Shown here: positions 25,165-32,777 of the stretch, in pieces
Position numbering within the stretch: the first letter of the stretch is position 1
Layout: each line of letters opens with the position of its first letter
Virus record (IMG/VR): IMGVR_UViG_3300020042_004977
Span: 1 to 32,777 of that record
Length of the DNA stretch: 32,777 bases
From: a virus
Taxonomy: Duplodnaviria; Caudoviricetes
Direction: 5' to 3' (one strand)
Position numbers and translations under genes: made by a program
The notes under the pieces: generated by a model
Told to the model about the DNA's origin: nothing
Seen by the model: only the letters and a program-made list of their open reading frames with translations
Databases searched by the model: none

Positions 25165-27408
25165 TTAATTTATTTTACTTGCTCTGTTTAATCTTTCAAT
25201 TCTTTCTTGACTTCCAGTCACATCTGATTCTACTACGTATGCTCTGGAAGTTGAATTCCCCATTGTATTGACTTGTTCTTGGTTTATCATAGTACTTCCC
25301 ATTGTTGGTGGCAATGGTGGTGCAGATGGGATTGATATATTTGGTACTGAACCACCACCAGCACCAGCAGAACCACCACCACCAGCATTGGGAATCTTTA
25401 CTGAAAGAATCTTCTTCACATTCATGATACCAGTTGCAATTGCCACACCAGCATTGATTGGTCCAATTACTGCACCCAATCCAAATGGCAATGATTGTGC
25501 AGATTCGTATGCTTTTTGTGCAGATGTGATTGTTGAAATGGTTGTGGATACAACTGCCATCGCTTTTCCCAATGCAGTATTCTCACCAAATAATGTTGCC
25601 AATCCACTTAATGAATCAGCAATTGCATTTCCAGCATCAACATTTGCTTGTATCCTTGCCTTTGCCAAATCTTTTTCTGACTTTGCCAAAGCATTATTGA
25701 TTGTTTGTGCTTTGATTGCATACTTCTGTCTTATGTCTGTTGTTGACAATCCCTTTGCTTCTGCATCTGCAATCTCTGCATCTCTTTGAATTGCTAATTG
25801 TGCAAGTTGTTCTGCAGTTTCTGTCCTTGCAATTTCAATCAATTTTGCTGACTTGTCATAAGCATTCAACAAGTCCATGTCAATCATTTGTTTTTGCAAT
25901 GCATGTTCTGCAACAAGATTTGCATCCCTTTGGTTTCTGTCATCAGTTTCCCTTTGTTTGATGATGGCATCTCTTTCTGCTTTTGAAGTAGCATCTGCAA
26001 TATCCAATTCTTGCTTCTTTGCATTGTATGCAATTTGTGCATCAACCCTTGCTTGTGTTCCTTCAGTTGTTGCATCAATTTCTGCTTGTAGTCTTGCCAA
26101 TTCTCTCACTCTGTCTTCATCTCTAATTCTCTGAAGTTCTGCATTCTTCTCCAATTCATTCTTCATCAATTGTGCATTTGCAGTCTGTCTTCCAACCAAC
26201 AATTGTTCTTCACTATCTGCCAGTGATTTGTTCATGGCAATCAGTTCCTTATTCAATGCAGTTGCATTTGCTTTCTGTTCTGATTGCAGTCCAGTAATTT
26301 GTGCAAGTACTCCCTTCCTTTCATTTTCTGCTTCAATGACTTTCTTCTGCAGTTCTATTGATGAAGAATTTGCTGATAGTTCTGCCTTTGCTGATGCAAT
26401 CTTCTGGTTTGCAAGTCCAAGCATTGCAGATTCTTGGTTCTTAAGTACTACACCAAGTTTTTGATTTGCCTTGATTCTGTCTTCAATAGATAGTGAATCA
26501 TCATCCCTAATCTGTCTCAATTTTTCTGCTTGTCTATCATATTCTTCCACCACACCTTGCAATTGTGCTGATGCAATTTCTGCTGAATTTTTTAATGCAG
26601 TAATTGCCTTTGCATTATTATACAATGACTTGACATTGATTTTGGATGCACCTTCAACCACACCAGATATGACATCACCAACTGATGTGACTGCTTCACC
26701 AAAGTTGTTCACAATATCTTTCCCAGCATTGATTGCTTCATCTGCAGTTTCTGCCAATCCTTTTTTTGTTTCTGCAATTCTTTCATTCAACTTCTTGATG
26801 GTTTCTGGATTGTCATCCCCAAAGAATGATTGTTCCCATGCAAGTTGTGCTGATTCAATGAATAGTGATATTCCACCAAATGCCAATTTGATTGGTGTCA
26901 ATGCCAATGTAAGAAGTCCACTCATGACTTTCCCCAATGCAGAAAAACCATTGGATGACTTTGACACTCTGTCAACAACATTGGTGATGACTTCAACCAA
27001 TGCATTCATGACAGAATCAATGGTGGCAAAGACTGCACCAACTGCATCTGCAACTTTCTGATTCTTCATTAAGGAATCCTTCAAGAATCCAAATGCAGAT
27101 GTGATTGCACCAACAACACTGAATGCTTTTAATGTATCAAGAAAAGTTCCACTTGATTTCTTTGCTTCTTTAGTTGATTTGGAATTTTCATCCACACTTT
27201 TGTTCAACTTGTTCTGTTCCTTCTCCAAGTCTTTCTCTGCCTTGGTCAACTTCTTCAATGCATCAGTTTGTTCTTCACTTCCTTCAGTTGCATTCTCATA
27301 AGCAGTTTTCAAGTCATTTATCTGACTGGTAAGATTCTCAACTTCTTTGGATGCTGACTTGGTGTCAACATTCACTTTGATGTTTGTTTCCGTTTGTATT
27401 GTTGACAT
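25165..27408 (-). CDS. Tape measure protein
   Basis: 747 aa, Ala/Glu/Lys-rich helical with hydrophobic segments; C-terminal RAYVVESDVT.SQ. Confidence 0.85.
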   Translation of the reverse strand: MSTIQTETNIKVNVDTKSASKEVENLTSQINDLKTAYENATEGSEEQTDALKKLTKAEKDLEKEQNKLNKSVDENSKSTKEAKKSSGTFLDTLKAFSVVGAITSAFGFLKDSLMKNQKVADAVGAVFATIDSVMNALVEVITNVVDRVSKSSNGFSALGKVMSGLLTLALTPIKLAFGGISLFIESAQLAWEQSFFGDDNPETIKKLNERIAETKKGLAETADEAINAGKDIVNNFGEAVTSVGDVISGVVEGASKINVKSLYNNAKAITALKNSAEIASAQLQGVVEEYDRQAEKLRQIRDDDSLSIEDRIKANQKLGVVLKNQESAMLGLANQKIASAKAELSANSSSIELQKKVIEAENERKGVLAQITGLQSEQKANATALNKELIAMNKSLADSEEQLLVGRQTANAQLMKNELEKNAELQRIRDEDRVRELARLQAEIDATTEGTQARVDAQIAYNAKKQELDIADATSKAERDAIIKQRETDDRNQRDANLVAEHALQKQMIDMDLLNAYDKSAKLIEIARTETAEQLAQLAIQRDAEIADAEAKGLSTTDIRQKYAIKAQTINNALAKSEKDLAKARIQANVDAGNAIADSLSGLATLFGENTALGKAMAVVSTTISTITSAQKAYESAQSLPFGLGAVIGPINAGVAIATGIMNVKKILSVKIPNAGGGGSAGAGGGSVPNISIPSAPPLPPTMGSTMINQEQVNTMGNSTSRAYVVESDVTGSQERIERLNRASKIN

Positions 27409-27828
27409 TTAATAAATTTTAATTTCAAAAGATGTGTTTCCCAATGAATCATCTGAAAGTGTATTCCCATTATAAGAATACAAGTCCAGTCTTGTATCAG
27501 TTCCGTATGACAATATGTAAGAAAACACACCAACTTTGGTTTGTGGATTCCCAATTGTGATGAACATTGATGTAGTCCAAAGTGATATATCTGAATCAAT
27601 TCTGTATTGACCATTTGTTGACCTACTGGTTGTAAATGTTGCACCAGTTGTATTCTCAAAGATGTCAATAGTTGGTGCAGATGTTCCACCTTGTGATATG
27701 TTTCCTCTTATCACTTTGTTTGGTACACCAGTCCAACCACTTGCATCACTATATTGAAGTGTAGTTCCAGTTGTACCAGTTATGTCCAACCATACACCAT
27801 TGAAGTCATCAAAGTATTTTATAATCAT
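27409..27828 (-). CDS. Minor tail protein
   Basis: Beta-rich; ISQGGTSAPT....ENT...R..GQYRI; tail module position. Confidence 0.55.
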   Translation of the reverse strand: MIIKYFDDFNGVWLDITGTTGTTLQYSDASGWTGVPNKVIRGNISQGGTSAPTIDIFENTTGATFTTSRSTNGQYRIDSDISLWTTSMFITIGNPQTKVGVFSYILSYGTDTRLDLYSYNGNTLSDDSLGNTSFEIKIY

Positions 27829-27829
27829 T

Positions 27830-29956
27830 TTAATAAGTTGTATTAATTACTCTTAATAGTTGCACTTCGCAAAGTTCTCCTTCAGTATAGTCAACAATCT
27901 TGTATAGTCTGTATAACACCCCATCCACAAATATGAATTTGGTGAAGTCCAAAGTGTTGATGTCTCTTTCAGTCAACTTCATTTTACAAGTCACCAGTCT
28001 GGAATCCTTATCTGTAATTTCAGCAAAGTATGGTGAATAGTATGTGTTGAACAGATTGTTGGAAAGAAGTCCAGATGACAATGTGAAATTGATTTCTTTT
28101 GGCACTCCAAAGTTCAAATCTGCACCAGCATTGAATGGATCATCAAGATGTCCAGCATAACCATAGGAAGTCTCTGTTGACAATATAGTATTCACACCAA
28201 GGACATTGTTGTATATCTTCCAAGATGTTCTTCCAGTTATCTTCTTTGCTTGAAGGATTCTGATGTTGTGTTCAATCATCTCTTCAGTTTCATTGTTCTT
28301 CTTGTATATTGCTGGGAATATCTTGTCATTGTTTGTATATCCAACCAATGGTGTTGCAGAAAATATCACACTTGTGTCACTGGTATCTTTGGCAAATTCC
28401 AACTGGTTGTCAAATCTGTAGTCTCCATATCCTTCCACATACTTCTTTCTGTACTGCTCATTGTAGTAGTCTGCATCTTGCTTGTACTTGATATCATAAT
28501 ATCTTGCATTGACTTCACTCATTGGTTTGATTTTTATCACTTGACTTCTGTCAATTTTCCCACTCCAGTCTTGATATGTGGTTCTGTCCAGATTGTAAAA
28601 GTCAACATAAGGTTCTATGACCAACTTCTTTTCAGTGAATCTGTCTTCAGTCACCATCAAGTTGAACATCTTAAGTATGGATGCAAAGAAGTCCTTCTGC
28701 AATATATTTTGTGGAAGTGAACCATTCACCAGAAGAAAGTCATCATATTGTGCAGATACAAGGATTGGATTCTCTGTTGATATGGAACATACACTATTGA
28801 CAAGATTGACATTCAACACTGCACCATTGGTATCATACACACGAAGTCTCACACTCCATGTATCACCAGTATTGAATGTGATTGGTATTGGTAAGAATCT
28901 CAAAGAAAAGTTGTAAGATGGACCAGTAAGGAATCCACCAAGTGTTGTTGCAAAACCACCAAATCTTTTGTTCTGGTCTTCATAATATAGTGAACCATTC
29001 TTCAATATCTGCATGGTTGCAAATGCATATCTGAATTGTGTGTCTGCATTGTCTGAATTCTGGATGGTGTAATTTCCTCTAACACTCAAAGTAAATGCAC
29101 CACTGAATGCTTGTGCTGGTGTGTATGTAAATGTCTGACTTGACACATTGGTGAATAGGTCAGTCACAATATTCCCATGTGTTAAAGTTGCAGTTCCTAT
29201 ACTGATGCCACCACCAATCAAACTACTTTCAAATATCAAGTCTCTGTTGTACTTCAATCTCACTTGATTATTGGGAATGATTAATCTTTTGAAGAAGTTA
29301 GTATTGAAGAAGTCTGATTCCCATGTGTATCCAGCACCAGTGATTATCTTGTCAATGTATTGTCTGACAAAGAATGCTGGTCTGAATGCAGTGAAATAAA
29401 AATTCTTTTTATAGAATGTCAAATCTGTTGGTGAAGATGTGTTGCCATAGTCAATCAATGGGTAGTAGTATCCTTCTCCAGCATTGGCATTGTTCCAACT
29501 TGCAACAATATTGGTCACATCGTATGTGTGATTGTATTCACTGAAGTCCAAGTCTGTCAACTTATCTGCACCCAACTTTGAGAAGAACCCACCAAGTTCA
29601 CCAAACAATGCAACTTCATATTCTGGATTCTTTCCGTCAATTATAATCTGAAGAAGTCTCATTGTTCCCTTAAGTACTGGCATCCCATTGATTTCAATCC
29701 TTGCCTTTGCTGACTTACTTGCATTGAAGTTGTATCCAAAGTTTGGTGCAGAATCAATGGTGTAGTTTGAATTGGCAAATTCAAAGATGTTCCCAAGTAG
29801 TCTGTTGTTTCTTGCAGTTCCAGACAAGACAATGGTCTTGGTGAATGATGTTGTCTTGGAATCCAAGTTGGTCAAATCATCTATGGAATAGGTTATCATC
29901 TGCGAGAAGTTCGCATTGATATCAAGTTCATTGTCTTCAATAAATATTCTTACCAT
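27830..29956 (-). CDS. Tail tip/baseplate hub protein
   Basis: 708 aa; ITYSIDD...TSFTKTI, YPLIDYG, QKDF..SI.KMFNL, IEPY.DFY; variable central insert. Confidence 0.7.
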   Translation of the reverse strand: MVRIFIEDNELDINANFSQMITYSIDDLTNLDSKTTSFTKTIVLSGTARNNRLLGNIFEFANSNYTIDSAPNFGYNFNASKSAKARIEINGMPVLKGTMRLLQIIIDGKNPEYEVALFGELGGFFSKLGADKLTDLDFSEYNHTYDVTNIVASWNNANAGEGYYYPLIDYGNTSSPTDLTFYKKNFYFTAFRPAFFVRQYIDKIITGAGYTWESDFFNTNFFKRLIIPNNQVRLKYNRDLIFESSLIGGGISIGTATLTHGNIVTDLFTNVSSQTFTYTPAQAFSGAFTLSVRGNYTIQNSDNADTQFRYAFATMQILKNGSLYYEDQNKRFGGFATTLGGFLTGPSYNFSLRFLPIPITFNTGDTWSVRLRVYDTNGAVLNVNLVNSVCSISTENPILVSAQYDDFLLVNGSLPQNILQKDFFASILKMFNLMVTEDRFTEKKLVIEPYVDFYNLDRTTYQDWSGKIDRSQVIKIKPMSEVNARYYDIKYKQDADYYNEQYRKKYVEGYGDYRFDNQLEFAKDTSDTSVIFSATPLVGYTNNDKIFPAIYKKNNETEEMIEHNIRILQAKKITGRTSWKIYNNVLGVNTILSTETSYGYAGHLDDPFNAGADLNFGVPKEINFTLSSGLLSNNLFNTYYSPYFAEITDKDSRLVTCKMKLTERDINTLDFTKFIFVDGVLYRLYKIVDYTEGELCEVQLLRVINTTY

Positions 29957-29961
29957 AGTGT

Positions 29962-31140
29962 TTATCTTCTGAAGTTGTATCTTGTTTGGTTCATTTCAAT
30001 TTCAACAACCAGTTCCTTCAATCCATCATTCTGGTATTTCATGTATTCATAGTTTGTTGCTTTGATTGTCACTGGATAGTAGTTCCCATCAATTTCAGCA
30101 TAGATTTGTGGGGAATCCATCAGTTCAGACAACCACTCATATTCTGCATCTGTTGGATAGTCCATTGTCAATCTAAAATTGAAGTTTGTCTTGGTGTTGA
30201 AATTTATCTTTGATTCTCTGTACACATTGTTTGCATCATAGTAGTCAACTGAAGTATTGTTCAACTTGTATTCATTCTGCTGGAATGCTTTCCTATCAAT
30301 TGACATCATCTTTTTTTGTGCAAGATTGAATCTGGCAGTATCAAACATCCCATAGTGATTTATGAAGTATAGATTCATGCAAGTGTATCTTGGGTCACAA
30401 TCAATGTCAACACGAATCAATGGACTTACTAAAAGTGATGTTCTTTTTATTCTTATAGTATAATAAACTGCATTGTCTGTAATAAATGGGACACCATTAT
30501 TTGCTTGATAACTTCTATTTGCTGAAGGGATTCCAATATCCCATTGATTATATTTTAGTACGGGATAGGTATCACCAAATCCTCTTATGACAACATTGTT
30601 TGCATTGTAAGATGTAAACTCTATAGCATCATAATTACCAAAAGAAGGAATTAAGATATTGTCAGTTGTCTTTGCCTTGAATCTCAAAGGTCTATTGGTT
30701 AACCAATTATTCAATTTCTGTCCAATGTTCACTTGTCTTCTTTTCAACATTGGTGGTGTGTAATTGTATGCAGTCACATTCCCAGATGCCATGTTCAAAG
30801 TAGTCACACCACTAAAGTCTTCACCCACTCTGATTTGATAAGTAAGTTCTCCAATTGTATCTGATGCAGTTAACAAATTTGGATAATATTCAGATGTTGA
30901 CCTTGGAACAAACCAATCAAACACCACTTCATTCCTTATTACATTGGATGCATTAAAGTATCCCCTTCCATTGGATGGTTCTGGAAAGACTTTCACTCTT
31001 ACCAATTGTGTTCCACCTTTGAAGACATCAAACACATACTTCATGTCTGTCTGTCCACTATTGTTTGACAATGCTATGTGCCACAAATCATCTTGAACAG
31101 ATGTGTATCCACTTGGTGATATTAAACTTGTTATTGACAT
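29962..31140 (-). CDS. Distal tail/minor structural protein
   Basis: KYVFDV, F.N.YG.FD..F, WL.EL..SP.IY; upstream of the hub gene. Confidence 0.65.
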   Translation of the reverse strand: MSITSLISPSGYTSVQDDLWHIALSNNSGQTDMKYVFDVFKGGTQLVRVKVFPEPSNGRGYFNASNVIRNEVVFDWFVPRSTSEYYPNLLTASDTIGELTYQIRVGEDFSGVTTLNMASGNVTAYNYTPPMLKRRQVNIGQKLNNWLTNRPLRFKAKTTDNILIPSFGNYDAIEFTSYNANNVVIRGFGDTYPVLKYNQWDIGIPSANRSYQANNGVPFITDNAVYYTIRIKRTSLLVSPLIRVDIDCDPRYTCMNLYFINHYGMFDTARFNLAQKKMMSIDRKAFQQNEYKLNNTSVDYYDANNVYRESKINFNTKTNFNFRLTMDYPTDAEYEWLSELMDSPQIYAEIDGNYYPVTIKATNYEYMKYQNDGLKELVVEIEMNQTRYNFRR

Positions 31141-31141
31141 T

Positions 31142-31771
31142 TTATCTATTAATTATATTAACCATCAATTGTAATCCAACCAAATCACCAATCTCCACTT
31201 CAATTCCCTTGAATGACTTCTCCACTGGTTCTGATATGAAGTTCCTTGTCTTGATTCCATACTTCTTAATCATGTAGACAGCAGTTGCAGTCTGTCTGTC
31301 CAGAAGACTTCCTTTCTGTTTCTTGTTCTTTCTTTCATATCCTACTGCACCATAGGTCTTGATGTCAGTCACTCTGACCTTCTTCTTCCCTTCTGATATC
31401 ATCCTTCTCACTGATGCAATTCCATCTTCACTCATTCCCTTGGTCTTGAATTGGTATGGTGACTTTGGTGCATTCTTTGAAGACTTCCATCCCTTCACAC
31501 CTTTGTCCACAAACTTTGCATAGTATGCTAAATCAATTAGCAATGCAGTTTCTGTATCAGATTCCTTCTTAAGATAGAATTTGACGTTCTGTTCCATGTC
31601 ACCAGTTGATATCACCTTCTTTGCATTGATGCTCTTCAGCAAGTTCCCTTTGAAGACATTTGCTCTTTGCAGAAGTATCTTGTCAATACCTTTGACATCA
31701 AGTTTTTCTTGTTCCCCACCAGTTCCTTCCAACCAGTTCAGATTCTTATTCTGTGATTGTGTTATGTTCAT
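31142..31771 (-). CDS. Basic neck/tail-completion protein (HK97 gp10-like)
   Basis: STGDM..., YYAKFVDKGVKG, IKKYGIK.RNF motifs. Confidence 0.6.
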   Translation of the reverse strand: MNITQSQNKNLNWLEGTGGEQEKLDVKGIDKILLQRANVFKGNLLKSINAKKVISTGDMEQNVKFYLKKESDTETALLIDLAYYAKFVDKGVKGWKSSKNAPKSPYQFKTKGMSEDGIASVRRMISEGKKKVRVTDIKTYGAVGYERKNKKQKGSLLDRQTATAVYMIKKYGIKTRNFISEPVEKSFKGIEVEIGDLVGLQLMVNIINR

Positions 31772-32056
31772 TTACTTCTTTTTATTTAGCATACTATCTT
31801 CTTGTTGTTTGTCCACTTTTCTCTTCATCTTCAAGTAAGACAAATCATTCAAGAATTGTCTTGTAGGCAGTTCATACACTTCATCCATCTTGCATTGTTC
31901 TAATTCAGACACACATTTGATATTGTACATCCACCCGTAGTACTTCTCAAAGTCTCCTTGTAGAATTGAACCATCTGTGGTGTCAGTGAAATTGTTTTGA
32001 AATAAGTAGGTGAAGTCTTGATTGACTTCTTGAAAAGATTGCAAAAAAAAACACAA
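31772..32056 (-). CDS. -1 frame extension of the tail assembly chaperone (gpT-like)
   Basis: Frame opens at the T9 run (32043-32051) without an ATG; F..YYGW...FLN.LSYLK.K. Confidence 0.7.
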   Translation of the reverse strand: MCFFLQSFQEVNQDFTYLFQNNFTDTTDGSILQGDFEKYYGWMYNIKCVSELEQCKMDEVYELPTRQFLNDLSYLKMKRKVDKQQEDSMLNKKK

Positions 32057-32220
32057 GACTGATATCCAATTGTAAAGTCCAACTTCAACATGTCATCAGC
32101 AATTGACTGGTGCATAGTAGAATCCACATGCCTTGGTCTCAATCCCTTCCAAGTCAACTTCATTGGTGTTGCCATGGATGACAATATCATGTGTATATTC
32201 TTGTCAATATCAGTGACGAA
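31900..32220 (-). CDS. Tail assembly chaperone, C-terminal part (N-truncated by the inversion junction)
   Basis: Open from the junction: FVTDIDKNIHMILSSMATP...YQSCVFFCNLF; contains the slippery site. Confidence 0.65.
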   Translation of the reverse strand, partial: FVTDIDKNIHMILSSMATPMKLTWKGLRPRHVDSTMHQSIADDMLKLDFTIGYQSCVFFCNLFKKSIKTSPTYFKTISLTPQMVQFYKETLRSTTGGCTISNVCLN

Positions 32221-32777
32221 GGTGTGAAGGGATGGAAGTCTTCAAGGAATGCACCAAAGTCACCATATCAATTCAAAAGCAAGGGAATGAGTGAAGATGG
32301 AATTGCATCAGTCAGAAGGATGATATCAGAAGGGAAGAAGAAGGTAAGAGTGACAGACATCAAGACCTATGGTGCAAAGGGATATGAGAAGAAGAATGTG
32401 AAGAATAAAGGAAGTCTTCTGGACAGACAGACTGCAACTGCAGTGTACATGATTAAGAAGTATGGAATTAAAACAAGGAACTTCATATCAGAACCAGTGG
32501 AGAAGTCATTCAAGGGAATTGAAGTGGAGATTGGTGATTTGGTTGGTTTACAATTAATGGTTAACATAATTAATAGATAAAATGTCAATAACAAGTTTAA
32601 TATCACCAAGTGGATACACATCTGTTCAAGATGATTTGTGGCATATTGCATTGTCAAACAATAGTGGACAGACAGACATGAAGTATGTGTTTGATGTCTT
32701 CAAAGGTGGAACACAATTGGTAAGAGTGAAAGTCTTTCCAGAACCATCCAATGGAAGGGGATACTTCAATGCATCCA
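32219..32777 (+). repeat. Inverted, diverged duplicate of 30945-31503
   Basis: Hand alignment: 559 bp, no indels, about 29 mismatches, mostly synonymous; carries the 3' part of the neck gene and the 5' part of the next gene. Confidence 0.95.

Noticed and set aside
255-31838. Numerous plus-strand ORFs in the track (e.g. 26471-27061, 25268-25789, 28250-28720)
   Set aside because: Antisense shadows of well-supported minus-strand genes, with no recognisable motifs.
32191-32580. 129-aa plus-strand ORF as an independent gene
   Set aside because: Chimera of antisense chaperone sequence and the duplicated 3' part of the neck gene, with a GTG start arising at the junction.
30945-32777. Diversity-generating retroelement TR/VR pair
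   Set aside because: Mismatches are not adenine-specific and are mostly synonymous; no reverse transcriptase in the window.
30945-32777. Invertible segment (shufflon) or terminal inverted repeat
   Set aside because: No recombinase seen, the junction truncates the chaperone gene, and the partner copy is internal rather than at the other genome end.
1-32777. Stop-codon reassignment
   Set aside because: Hallmark genes are full length and tightly packed under the standard code.

Overview
Near-complete genome (~32.2 kb unique) of a small siphovirus-type tailed phage; all real genes lie on the minus strand. The host is most likely Bacteroidota, inferred from TTG-N19/20-TAnnTTT(G)-like promoters, A-rich leaders without Shine-Dalgarno motifs and a signal peptide followed by Gln. 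Read in transcription order from 32220 downward: tail assembly chaperone (T9 slippery site; its N-terminal part appears to be at 1-238, implying a circularly permuted genome), neck/tail-tip genes, tape measure, prohead protease, scaffold, major capsid, major tail, portal with a long C-terminal extension, adaptor, tail terminator, fibre-like protein, lysis cassette (holin-like genes, u-spanin-like gene, GH24 lysozyme), early/replication genes (ERF, DnaA-C-like, initiator with repeats, PD-(D/E)xK protein, C5-MTase, VRR-NUC, sigma-like factor), a GT-B/GT-A/FkbM cluster, HNH, TerS and TerL. I recognised no integrase, repressor, polymerase or tRNA. The last 559 bp are an inverted, ~95% identical copy of 30945-31503. 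Most notable: a fibre-like protein with a Sec signal and many D-S/T O-glycosylation sequons, a late glycan-building cluster, apparent absence of RGCY and near absence of CpG, domains inserted in the protease and portal, and a 24-bp hairpin repeat flanking one early gene. All counts are by eye and no database searches were run.
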